Below, piece by piece: positions 12,063-24,221 of a stretch of DNA of 64,000 bases (the first letter of the stretch is position 1; the number at the start of each line of letters is the position of its first letter). The position numbers and the translations under genes are program-made. Source of the stretch: Mobula birostris (taxonomy: Eukaryota); NCBI RefSeq assembly GCF_030028105.1, contig NC_092373.1, positions 178,661,556 to 178,725,555 on the forward strand, in the 5' to 3' direction. The notes beneath the pieces were generated by a model that saw only the letters and a list, made by a program, of their open reading frames with translations, searched no databases and was not told the origin of the DNA.

Positions 12063-13215
12063 ATACATCAATTGAAACAATTACAATCTCCTTTCTTAAA
12101 AACCTTGTTTCTTTGATTATTTTGTCTGATAATTTACAACCCTATGCCATGAATCATCTTGAAGAACTGGACAAGGATAACAGACTTAGCTGCTCCTATT
12201 TGTATGCATATTCAAAAGCTTCAGTGAAAACTAAAACAAGACATACAAACATACTTTTACTTTTATTCAAGTGACTCTGCTCCACATGCATTGCTTAGAA
12301 TATTGACAAAAGTCAATCATCATATAACCCAGTAATGTACTTCATAAAAAAAATCAAACTTGCAATCTTATGCTTACAAACCTAAAGTGAAAACAATGGA
12401 GTCCTATTGATTGTAACTGTGCACTGCTTTCTATGTTATACACTACCAATGTGTAATTTTATCTTTAATATCTAACATTTTTACTTAGTCCAAATAGCTG
12501 CCACAAAACAGCATTTTCACATTTGCTAAGACAATGATATAACCGATTCTGAAAACCGCAACTCCCACCCCATCTTTAACATAATGTAACCAGCCAAATA
12601 TTTTGATGCTTTTCAACAATCTCAGAGATTGTTTAGATTGTTTCAGTTTAAAATAGTGCCAGCTACATTTCCAAATTAGACGATAAGACATAGGTGCAGA
12701 ATTCGGTTAATCAGACCATTGAGTCTGCTCCACCATGCGATCATGCCTGATTTATTATCCCTTTCAACCCCATTCTCCTGCCTTCTCCCCATACCCTTTG
12801 AAGCCCTTACTCATCAAGAACCTATCAACCTCTGCTTTAAATATACCCAATTCCAGTGTTGAACTTGAAACTTCCACAGCAGCCAATATGATTCTCCAAT
12901 AGACCTGCTTTGTTCTTCCAGTCTAGTATTAGTTCATTCCCATCCATGCAATAATTTCTCTCAAATCTGGTCTCCAATCTTCTGAATAACTTATCACTAC
13001 CAATATTCAACCTCTCAGAAATATTTGTCACAGACAGGCAGACTAGCCTTGTGTGTACATTAATGAACCCCCAATACCACTTTTCGGTCACCCCTCCCAA
13101 CTTGTTCACATTGAAACAGACATCTCTTCCTTTAACACTTAAACAGAACTCTTTACGATCTCTGCACCCAAAGGAAAATAATCTAATCCCCACATAATAA
13201 TGATTACAGAGTATC

Positions 13216-13490
13216 CATTCTTTAGTTAGAGCCTTCAGCATTTTGGGCATCGAGGGAGAGAGGAAGAGGAGAGCCATCCGCAGTACCACCGATGCGGCAG
13301 AGAGGGCCTCAAGATGGCTGTGGCTCAAAAGAGGGGAGCCATGGAGTCATAAGTAGCTAGCCATCTGGACACAAGCTGGGGTCTGCTCAGCCCCGGCTGG
13401 GTCACCTGGAGGCCGTTGTATGATGTTGAAAGACCCGAAACACCCGATGATTCCAGGAACATCACTGAAGATGTGTCCAGAAGCATCAAT
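13216..13490 (+). mobile_element. 3' end of an RLE-type non-LTR retrotransposon (Hero/NeSL-like)
   Basis: Open frame SLVRAFSILGIEGERKRRAIRSTTDAAERASRWLWLKRGEPWSHK* (stop 13354-13356) followed by a short 3' UTR. The AAERASRWLW end is typical of Hero-like elements. Confidence 0.6.
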
Positions 13491-14252
13491 AGATGTATGT
13501 ACACAGCATTCTTCAATGAATCCACCATCAGCTATTCTAAAGTCCTTTTTGTAGACTTGCCCTCCTTCATCAATTTTACTTATTCAAATCTGTTCCTTGA
13601 TTAAAATGCTGTGGTCACTGTAAACTGGTCATCCAAAACATTAGCTGCGCAGATAGAAAAGTGATGGGTGACCACCAGGTGGAGCAGTGGATGAAGTCAG
13701 GTGTCTGCGCAAATAAATACTGTATACAGTACGTACCACATTGGACACCACACAGGGGTTGTGAGGGCTGGGGAAGGAACTGCCTTCCAGGAAAGCAGCA
13801 TGGCCAAGTTTCTGACACAGCAGGGAAGAACGGTTATGATTATAAGGAGACACGAGACTGATGCTGGGATCTAGAGCAAAAACCAAAGTGCAGGTGGAGA
13901 AGCATCCGTGGAGATCACATATACCAAAGTACAATAAAGAGCATTGTTTTGCATGCCATCTGTACAGATCATGTTATTAACTCCAGAATCGGAAAAAGCT
14001 GCAGAAGGTTGTAAACTCAGCCAACCCAATGTTGGACATGAGGCTCTAGGGCATCAATTACACCTTTACAAGTCATAGTCATAGTCATACTTTATTGATC
14101 CCGGGGGAAATTGGCTAATGCTTCATAAAGACACCACCCATTATTAAGCTTCCCCCCCCCCCCCCCGTACGTGCCTTCTCATTGCTACCATCAGGGAGGA
14201 GGTACAGTCAAATACAGAAAACAAACTGTTGATCCTGTAGGCAGAACAGACA

Positions 14253-15217
14253 CAGTGGCATGCAAAAGTTTGGGCGCCCCGGTCAAAATTTCTGTTACTG
14301 TCAATAGCTAAGCGAGTAATAGATGAACTGATTTCCAAAAGGCATAAAGTTAAAGATGACACATTTCTTTAATATTTTAACTTTATCAGTCCACAGGATG
14401 CAAAACGCATCAGGCTTGTTTAGATGTTCCTTTGAACCTTTTGAATAGAACTTTTTGGCCGCAATGAGCAAGGGTATGTTTGGAGGAAAATGGGTGCAGA
14501 ATTTCATGAAAAGAACCGCTCTCCAACTGTTAAGCACGGGGGTGGATCGATCATGCTTTGGGCTTGTGTTGCAGCCAGTGGGACAGGGAACATTTACTGG
14601 TAGAGGAAAGAATGAATTTAATTAAATACCAGCAAATTCTGGAAGCAAACATCACACCGTCTGTAAAAAAAAGCCAAAGATGAAAAGAGGATGGCTTCTA
14701 CAACAGGATAATGATCCTAAATACACCTCAAAGTCCACAATGGACTACCTCAAGAGGCACAAGCTGAAGGTTTGCCATAGCCCTTACAGTCCCCTGACCT
14801 AAACATTATCGAGAATCTGTGGATACACCTGAAAAGAGCAATGCAAGCAAGACAACCCAAGAATCTCACAGAACTAGAAGCCTTTTGCATTGAAGAATGG
14901 GCGAAAATCCTCCAGACAAGAACTGAAAGACTCTTAGTTGGCTACAGAAAGTGTTTACAAGCTGTGACACTTGCCAAAGGGGGTGTTACTAAGCATTGAT
15001 CATGCAGGGTGCCCAAACCTTTGCTTTGGACTCTTTTCCTTTTTTGTTATTTTGAAACTGTAAAAGATGGAAAAAAATAGTTTTCTTGCTTAAAATATTA
15101 AAGAAATGTGTCATCTTTAACTTTATGCCTTTTGGAAATCAGTTCATCTTTTACTCACTTAGCTATTCACAGTAACAGAAATTTTGACCAGGGCGCCCAA
15201 ACTTTTGCATGCCACTG
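14253..15217 (+). mobile_element. Internally deleted Tc1/mariner (DD34E, IR/DR-type) transposon
   Basis: About 128 bp of matching terminal inverted repeat (CAGTGGCATGCAAAAGTTTGGGCGCCC...); flanks CA and TA; inner direct repeat at ~15001-15024; transposase remnants TVKHGGGSIMLW, QQDNDPK and SPDLNIIENLW. Confidence 0.92.
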
Positions 15218-17689
15218 TATGGGCATATAACAGCACATGGAAGGATTGGAAAGCTAACTTGTCTGTACTTAAATGCACGGAGAATGACTGGTGAGGCAGA
15301 GGGTTGATCTGTACATGGGAAAATGTTATAATCACAGAGATATGGTTTAAAGAAAGGAAGGAGTCGCAAATCAGTGCTTCAGTGTGTACAAGTTTCTGGC
15401 AAGACAGGGAAGCAAGTAAAAGAGATGAGAACATTGCTATATGGAAATTGAAGTAATGAGAGTTCAGCGGCAAGGTGTTCCCATAAGGTGATCAGTAAGG
15501 AGAGATCAAGATATTTCTGGATGTCAAAGAATTTTGAGGATTTGAAGTAAAGAAAGGACGCATATGGCAGGTACTGGGTGCGAAAACTGGTGTACTTTCA
15601 GGACTACAGAGTGTGTATGTGTAAGGGGTAACTGAAAAAGAAATCAGGAGGGCAAAGAGGGGCCATGAAGTATCCTTGTCCTACAAGATTAAGGAACATT
15701 TAAAGGCATTTTAAAATATTAAGAGCAAGAAGGTAACCAGGGAAAGAACAAGGCCTGTTGAGGATCATGCAGGGAGCAATCAGTGCTCGGAACCAAAAAA
15801 AATGAATGGTATTTTAAATAATCCTTCTCGTCCATATTCACTGAGTAAGACAGGAGATTGCTGGTGTCCTCGTGGGGATTTCTAAATATTCCCTAGCTGG
15901 CATCTGGAGTGCACTGCCTGGCAAGGTAGTGCTCTCACATAATTTAAAACATATCTGAACAATACCATCTGAATCACTAAGGAATGAAGCTACAGATGCT
16001 GCTAAATGAGAGAAGAATAGATAGGTTCAAATGTTCGGTCTGGGCATGATAGGCTAAAGGGACAGATACTGTGCAGTTTCATTCTGTCACTGACAGTGAC
16101 AGCACTTCAAAAAGCACTTGGGACATCCTGAAATTGCCAGTGGTTTCACATGAATTCAAGGGATCAAAGATCAATTTTATTTGTATATACATGTATTAGG
16201 AATTTGCTGTGGTTGTGTTGGTCAGGGCACAACATACAACAAAAAGCAACTTTCAACAATAACAAAGGATGATTTAAAAAATAAAGGACAGAAATGGAAT
16301 AAAATGTGCATAAATACATAAATGCCAGCATATATTTGCAATGCAAACAGCATAATAAAAAGTGTGAGTGTGATTACTTAAACTGAGTATGATGTTCTCC
16401 TAAGGAGCTGTCTATTGATGAATCTTCAGCTGGCTGTTGAGGCCATTCTGAGATCCAGATATTTCAATGTAGTTGCCTGGACTTCTCCCTTGACCTCACC
16501 ATTGTGGGTGACCCTACCAAGAGCTAAGCACCAATGGCTAAACTCCAGATAGCATCACTTTTTACGTGATGTCTACAGTACAGTGCAGTGCAGTGACAGA
16601 GGTAATTTATAAAGGGAGTGGGACTAAAATGGTTGATCAGATTAACTGCTTGGAGGAAGAAACTTTAATTTTGTGTGAAGATTTTATTTTAATAGCCTTC
16701 TTCAGTTAAAACATTCTTTGTAAATTACCTGTCATATACCATGTCCCATATACCCATCATGTTCATTCTTAATATTACTGCCTCTCCATCTCCCAAACTA
16801 TAGTTTATAATTTTAATTGACAAATCCCTACATCCTGTTTTTCCCAGTGGTATGTCTTCTCCGCTCTTCCATCAAAAGCTCAGCCCCTTGCAGATATTCC
16901 ATTTGTTTTCCTCTTCCTTTGTTTCAATAATGGTATCTGATCTTTCAGCCATGTCCTCCTTGAATATTGTGATTACTTAAACTGTTGCAACCAATCTCTT
17001 CAAATAAAATAGCAGTTCTGCTCCCTTCTTCCCAATTCCTCATTTATTTTATTATGCTCATCGGTTATGCTGCAGGATAACACCTTTTTTAAAAAAATGC
17101 AGAAATAAAGCATGAAATGTCACATCTGTCAGTTCAAGGTACGTTTAATGTCACAAAAAGCTGAATCTGAAATGTTGTCTCCCTGCCCCTCTGTAGAGTT
17201 TATTATTGCAGATGTGCAGAATTTTACAATGGAAATTTACTCTTCAAAAAATATTAAAGTCTGATAGACGTAGCATTCATAAATGTTGCTACTAAAATAG
17301 GGAAGCTAACCACTACAAAAGGATAGGTACATGGATGGGTTCAGGTGCAGGTTGATGGCACTGGGTAGCACAATAGTTGGGCACGGACTAGATAGGCCAA
17401 AGGGCCTGTTCCTATGCTGCAGTGCTCTATGACTGAAAGATTATTGCCATTTACTGATACAAGTTGGCCTGGGCTCTCACCGTGTTAAAGGCACGATGTA
17501 AATGTCGGGGGTGGGGGGGGGGGAAGAATGTTATTTCTTCTTATCCCATGAGTTTTAGTGAAAACTAATCCCTCGTTTTTAATTCAGACGAACATACCTT
17601 GGTCTTTTGCGCGATAAAACCACGAAATCAATTTGCATTTTTTGCATAACGGACATAAACAGAAAATGAAATCGACCCCTGCAAGTTGC

Positions 17690-17812
17690 TTTCCCTGGGA
17701 ATAGACACAACTCGGGGTCGCCCGGAGCCGCGCTATTTGCGCATGCGTGCATGGGCGGGCCCGGGACCTGATTTTCGTGTTTCCACGGAGACCACAACTG
17801 GGGATTTTGACA
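17690..17812 (+). promoter_or_regulatory. CpG-island promoter / 5' UTR of TMEM129
   Basis: CpG-rich from ~17700 to 18100. NRF1-like TGCGCATGCGT 17738-17748, GC box GGGCGGGC 17753-17760, RFX X-box-like GTTTCCACGGAGAC 17779-17792. Confidence 0.65.
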
Positions 17813-18017
17813 ATGAACAGCCCCGAGGTGGTGTTTACGTTGTTTTACGTCGTTTTGTGCTTCTGCTTCGTCTTAACCCCAACTGAGTTCCGTTCGGCGG
17901 GGTTGACGGTGCAGGACCTGCTGTCCGATCAGCTGGGCAGCGAGCAGCTGGCCTTCGTCCACTACCACATCCGCCGGACGGCCGCCACTCTCGCCGTGCA
18001 CTCACTGCTGCCGCTAG
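17813..18017 (+). CDS. TMEM129: TMEM129 coding exon 1 (E3 ubiquitin ligase TM129)
   Basis: MNSPEVVFTLFYVVLCFCFVLTPTEFRSAGLTVQDLLS...HYHIRRTAATLAVHSLLPLG matches the TMEM129 N-terminus. Donor G|gtaagc, 205 nt. Confidence 0.96.
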
Positions 18018-18469
18018 GTAAGCGCCACTGCGCCGGTGGCAGGGGAGGACGGCCCGAGCGGTCTGCTGGCACTGTGGGACTGGCCCAGACTGTCTGCTGG
18101 GACCTAGTCAAGGAGTTGTCAATTTGTATTAGAAGTTTTGAACTCTCTAATTTCAGTTCCAGTGATCACTGTAGTTACTGAAACTCTTGAAGCAGGTGTG
18201 TATTGAGTCCGTGTCATCTCTACTTGCTGACACATGTAGGAAAAGAAAATTACATTCTACTTCCTTTCTTGGGTTTCTGCAGAAAGAAACTGAGTATTGA
18301 ATGAATTCCTGATATTAAATCAGAATTGCAACCTTGTTCTGACATAAAGTCTTTATCCTGGCCTATTAAATCTATTTCTCTTTTTCACAGGTACTGCTTT
18401 TTCCAATTTTGTTCTTGTTTCTATAGTACAAATGTAGTTTAACTTTAGCCAGTGTACCAGATTAACTTT

Positions 18470-18870
18470 CTTTAGCCTCCAACCTGATGGCATGAACATT
18501 GACTTCTCTAACTTCTGCTAATGCCCCACCTCCCCCTCGTACCCCATCCATTATTTATTTTTATACACACATTCTTTCTCTCACTGTCCTTTTTCTCCCT
18601 CTGACTATACCCCTTGCCCATCCTCTGGGTCTCCCCCCTCCCCCATCTTTCTCCCTGGGCCTCCTGTCCCATGACCCTCTTATATCCCCTTTGCCAATCA
18701 CCTGTCCAGCTCTTGGCTCCATCCCTCCCCCTCCTGTCTTCTCCTATCATTTTGGATCTCTCCCTCCCACTTTACCTCTTCCTAGAGATGCTGCCTAGCC
18801 TGCTGCGTTCACCAGCAACTTTGATGTGTGTTGCTTGAATTTCCAGCATCTGCAGAATTCCTGTTGTTAA
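18470..18870 (+). mobile_element. Penelope-like element terminal fragment
   Basis: agcctccaacctgatggcatgaacattgacttctc, a pyrimidine-rich tract and gatgctgcct..cctgctg, homologous to 38830-39260. Confidence 0.65.
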
Positions 18871-18938
18871 CTTTCTTTCCAAATAATTGCATGCCAGTTC
18901 TAAATTTTTTCCTTGTAGCTCCCTTGCAAGAAGGCCCT

Positions 18939-20140
18939 GGAGAGGCAGTGGATGTCATTTACTTGGATTTTCAGAAGGCATTTGATAAGGTGCCACACAT
19001 GAGGCTTCTTAACAAGATAAAACCCTATGGTGTTACAGGAAAGATACTGGCCTGGATAGCAGAATGGCCAACAGGCAGGAGCCAGCGAGTGGGAATAAAA
19101 GGGGCCTTTTCTGGTTGGCTGCCTGTGACTAGTGGTGTTCCTCAGAGGTCAGTATCCGGACCGCTACTTTTCACATTGTTTGTCAGTGATTTAAATAATA
19201 GAATTGATGGCTTCGTAGCAAAGTTTGCGCATGATACGAAGATGGGTGGAGCGGTAAGTAACGCTGAGGAAGCAATGTGATTTCAGCAGGACTTAGACAA
19301 GTTAAAAGAATGAGCACATATGGCAGATGGAATACAGTGTTGGGAAATGTATGATAATGCATTTTGATAAAAGTAACAGTAATGTGGATTATTATCTAAA
19401 TGGGGAGAAGATTCAAACATCAGAGGTGTAGAGGGACTTTGGAATCATGCAAGACTCCCAGAGGGTTAATTTACAGTTGAGTCTGTCGTAAAGAAGGCAA
19501 ATGCAGGGTTGGCATTTATTTCAAGGGGAATAGAATATAAAAGCAAGGAGATAATACCGAGTATTTATAAGACTCTAGGCAGACCGCACTTAGAGTATTG
19601 TCAACAAGTTTGGGCTCCATATCTCAGAAAGGATGTGTTGTCATTGGAGAGAGTCCAGAGGAGGTTCATGAAGATGATTCCAGGAATGATGGGGTTAACA
19701 TATGAGAAGCATTTGGCAGCTTTGGGCCTGTACTCAGTGGAATTTAGAAGAATGCGAGGGGATCTCATTGAAACCTACTGAATGTTGAAAGGACTAGATA
19801 AGGTGGATGTGGAGAGGAAGTTTACTATGGTGGGGTATCCAGAACTAGAGGGCACAGCCTCAAAATTGACTGGCAATCCTTTGGAACAGAGGTAAGGAGG
19901 ATTTTTTTTTTGGCTAGAGTAGTAAATCTGTGGAATGCTTTGCCACAGACTGTGGTGGAAGCCAAGCCCGTGTCTATATTTAAGGCGGAAGTTAATCGTT
20001 TCCTGATTGGTCACGGCATCGAAAGATATGGTGAGAAGGCAGGTGTATGGGGTTGAGTGATATCCGGGATCAGCCATGATGGAATGGCGGAGCAGACTCA
20101 GTGGGCTGAATGGCCTAATTCTGCTCCTGAGTCTTATGGA
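18939..20140 (+). mobile_element. CR1 LINE, 5'-truncated
   Basis: VDVIYLDFQKAFDKVPH, VTSGVPQ, KFAHDTK and RPHLEYC motifs, followed by a CR1 3' UTR. Confidence 0.9.
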
Positions 20141-20794
20141 CATACAGCAACATTTTGCCAGCAACTCTCAAAACTGCTAGATACTCTACTAGATATATTT
20201 CGTCTGAACTATGATCACTGCAATCTGCAGCCTGTAATTTTCTTTTAAGAAATGTACTTTTAAACCTTCTAAACGAACTAGCAATTTTGCAGTCTCCTGA
20301 AGGAGGAACTGTTTGTGCTTGACCTGCTTCCCTCTCATCTTACCATTACCACCGGGTGGGGGGTGGGGGAAGGTGCAGGAGACTTGGATCCCACGCTACC
20401 AGGTTTTGAAACAGTTCTTGCCCTGCAGCCACTGGGCTCCTGGACTGGCTTCACTCACCTCAGCGCTGAACTCACTCAGTAGCTGTGGACTCACTTTTAG
20501 GGACCCTCTTGTTTCTTTGTTTTGTGGGCGCCAGCAAGAAGATAAATCTCAAGGTTGCATACTGTATACATACTGCGATAATAAATTTGAACTTTGAACT
20601 TCTTTAATTTAGTCCTCTAGTGTATCTATAACTTTTACGTTGCATTGAAACCCATCGAACACAGGACCAAGATGAAATCTAATTAAAACAAAGTTTACAT
20701 GCAATACAAAATAGTCCTTGCACTTCAAAAGGGTGTAAGTTAACACTTGAATGCAAGGGTTATTTTGGAGAGAAAGCAAGGTTGGAGGTGAACC

Positions 20795-21650
20795 AATTGG
20801 CATATAGGAGTGAGAATGGAAATCTGGTTGAATGGTGCCACAACAATAAACTCTTACTCAATGTGAGCAAAACCAAAGAGCTAATTATGGACAGGAGGAA
20901 GATGCTAGAATTTTATGAGCTAGTCCTCATTGGGAAATCAGAGATGTAAAGAGTCAGTAACTATAAGTTCCTTGGCATTATCATGTCAGAGGATCTGTCC
21001 TGGGAGCAGCATGCAAGTGCCACAGTGCCTCTACATTCTAAGACGTTTGTGTAGATTCAGTGTTTCACCGTAAACTTTAACAAACTTCTATAGATGCACA
21101 GTGGAGAGCATCCTAACTGGTTGCATAATGGCTTGGTATGGAAACACAAATATCTATAAACAGAAAAGTGTACAAAAAGTGGTGGACAGAGCTCAGTCCA
21201 TCACAGGCAAAGCCTTCCCTACCATTGAGCGCTGCCAGTAGAAAGCAGCATCCATCCTCAAGGACCCCTACCATCCAGGCCATGTGACTACCATCGGGTA
21301 GTAGATACTGGAGCCTTGGGTCCTACACCACCAGTTCAGGAATGGTTATTACCCTACAACCATCAGGCTTCTGAACCAGAGTGGATAACTTCACTTACCT
21401 CAACATTGAATTGATTCTACAACCTACAGACTCACTTTCAAGGGCTCTACAGCTCATGTTCTCATTTTTTTTATTATTTGCACAGTTTTATTTTTTTGGC
21501 ACATTGGTTATTTGTTAGTCTTTGTTTATGTACAGTTTTTCATAAATATTGTTTTCCTGTAAATGCCTGCAAGAAAATAAATCTCCAGGTAGTATGTGGA
21601 GATATAATATATATGTACTTTTATAGTAAATTCATTTTTGACTTTGAACT
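20795..21650 (+). mobile_element. Rex1/Babar-type LINE 3' fragment
   Basis: LNVSKTKELI, FYRCTVESILTGCI and KDPxHPGH remnants, homologous to 9934-10794. Confidence 0.7.
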
Positions 21651-21770
21651 ACGGAGGATTTTTTTTGCAATTAAGTTTTGACATAAACTTTGCAAGTAGG
21701 TACATAATGTTCCTTTACTAATATGCATGTTCCTATTGTCAATCTTCCTTTACTATTTTTTTTCTTGCAG

Positions 21771-22242
21771 GTTATTTTGCAGGAATGTGTTTTGCAACTT
21801 CTGATGAAAAGTACTACTACGTTCTTGTGAGCAAGGGATGGATTATTTACTTGGCGATAGCTGTGCTAATTCCTGTCATTGTTAGTCTCATCGTTTGGTA
21901 TTGGTCCTTAAATAATTGGGGCAACCATCCGATAGCCCGAAGCCTTGCACACTATGCCCTTCCTCAGTCCAGTTGGAGAGCTGTGGCATCTTCTGTGAAT
22001 ACAGAGTTCCGACGGATTGATAAATTTGCCTCCGGTGCACCAGGAGCCCGAGTTGTTGTCACTGATACCTGGGTGATAAAGGTGACTACGTATCGTGTTT
22101 ATATAGCACAGCAACAGGACATTCACCTCACCCTGACTGAATCAAGGCAGCACGAACTGTGTCCTGACTTAAATACACCTGTGCAATTCCTCACAATCCG
22201 AGTGGGCATCATCAATCCACACATCACACCATTTGACATTAG
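21771..22242 (+). CDS. TMEM129: TMEM129 coding exon 2
   Basis: Acceptor tttcttgcag. Encodes ...YALPQSSWRAVASSVNTEFRRIDKFASGAPGARVVVTDTWVIKVTTY... Donor AG|gtaggt; phases 1 and 2 are consistent. Confidence 0.96.
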
Positions 22243-22480
22243 GTAGGTGATGTAACCCAGTGTAGAGTCAAACTTAATTTTCCATTGCTGCTTAAAAGTT
22301 GAGACTAATTGTCAGATCATTTTTGAGCTGATTTCCTAATATTCTTTCCTTAACACTTTTAAAGTCTTCTAACCTCTTTCCCTTAATACAACAAAACCAT
22401 AGCAAGTGGGGTGCAAATAAAAGAAAATGATTAACATTAGCTCTTGTCACAGATTGAAATTTCTTTTTTTTTGTTTGCAG

Positions 22481-22640
22481 GTTAAATTCAACAGAATATG
22501 GTGAACTTCGTGAGAAGCTCCATACTACAATCCGGAATGCCCATAATGTGGTCATCCATCAGTCTCTGAGTGACATGTTTTTGGACACATTCAAGATCCA
22601 AGTAGAATTAAATCAACCTTATCATCTTTCTGGGAATCAG
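22481..22640 (+). CDS. TMEM129: TMEM129 coding exon 3
   Basis: Acceptor ttgtttgcag. Encodes LNSTEYGELREKLHTTIRNAHNVVIHQSLSDMFLDTF...; donor CAG|gtatgc. Confidence 0.95.
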
Positions 22641-23029
22641 GTATGCATTGTCACAATTAATAATATCATAGTGAATCTGTGGCAACACAATCACAGAGAA
22701 ACAATAAAAAGCATAAATGTTGTAAGCTTTATTCTGGGCTATATTTCAAGTTAATGGTCTTCATCATGAAACGTAACAAGGTTTAACCATGCACAGAAGT
22801 TTTAAAGTTTGGGGAATAGGTCTGATTATGGAAAGCGTCTGATGCTAAATGAAAAACAATAGCAGTGCAAAGCAAAGGTGGGTGCAAATTGGGAAAGTAA
22901 ACAAAGCTTCTCCAATTGAACTGGAAATAGAATCATTACTATGCAAAGTATGTTGGGCTTAATTGTTTAAAAGTAAAATAAAGCTACTCCACAAACTCTG
23001 TATCAGTCCCTGTTCATTACCTTACTTAA

Positions 23030-23420
23030 CAATTGATTGGAAGCCTCCCATCTTGTGATTTGAACTAGCCTTAAAATTTTTAACACTTTCCCTACGTTGC
23101 ATCAAATTCCATCACCTTTGTGCTTGCTGATGTATATTCACTTCAGATTACTTTCATTCTTACTTCTACATCCCTCTTCACCTCTATCTCTGTAACCATC
23201 TTACACCATGCAACCCTCCAAAATCTCTCTGCTTCAAAAGCTCTGACCATGAATTTCCTTGTTCCACTGTTTACGGCTTTCCCTTCAGCTGTGTAGCCTA
23301 TAAGATTTAGAATTTCCTCAACATATCTGTTGCTACCTCTCCTGCTTTCTCTCTAATCTTTATCACACTGCTTCCTCCTTACCTCCTTGGTTAAATTTCA
23401 AATCACCTGCCCTAAACACA
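23030..23420 (+). mobile_element. Decayed L2-like LINE 3' end
   Basis: ccttcagctg...gaatttcctc...tacctcctt...tcacctgccctaa pattern typical of L2 3' ends. Confidence 0.4.
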
Positions 23421-24221
23421 AGAAAGTCTTCAGATGCTGAAAATCCAAAGCAACACATACGCAAAATGCTGGAGGAACTCAGCAGGTCAGACAACATCTA
23501 TGGAAATAAACATTTCAGGCAAAACCCTTCTTCAGGACTGGGGAAAAAAGGGGTAGACACTGAATAAAAAGGTGGGGGGGAGGGGAAGGAAGATAACTAG
23601 AAGGTGATAGGTGAAGCCAGGTGGGTAGGTGAGCTGGAGAGGAATTAGCTGTCCTAACATCTACTCAAGATGTTTTAAAACACCTTAGGAATATATTATG
23701 GGTTGAAATTTGGTATTGTTTTATTAATGTTACAAATATCAAGATACAGTGAAAACCATCAATTTTTCTCTGTTTCTTACATTTCTGATGGTTTCTTGCA
23801 ACTTGCTCTCTTGATCTGTATGTATACTGTTCATACAGATCAAATTGAGATAAAATAAGGTAAAACAATAATAATATAGAATAAAGTGTAAAAACTACCA
23901 AAAAGTGCATAAAAAGGTGATAAACACAGTAGAAGCATAGGAAGCTGGATGGGTTTCAACTTATTGCAACTTTGACCAGACTGATTTAAATGATTTAAAC
24001 CTGCATACTTGTTCAAAAAATGTATTGCTTTTTATCCAGCTTTGCAACCAGTAGAGTTTTGTTTAATGGTTTCTGAAACAGTAACAGATTAGAGGATGGT
24101 TTTCTCAAAGGAGGCCATATTTGTCTTAGAAAGTGTTGAGGCACTGCTGCCGTAGCTGAAAAGGGAAATGTGAAGTGGATTGTGCTTTTATATGAAAGCT
24201 TGAGTATGTCACATTAAGACT

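Noticed and set aside
12837-13328. 163-aa minus-strand ORF
   Set aside because: A chimera of the antisense Hero-like fragment, unclassified DNA and a CR1 tail; no domain or splice support.
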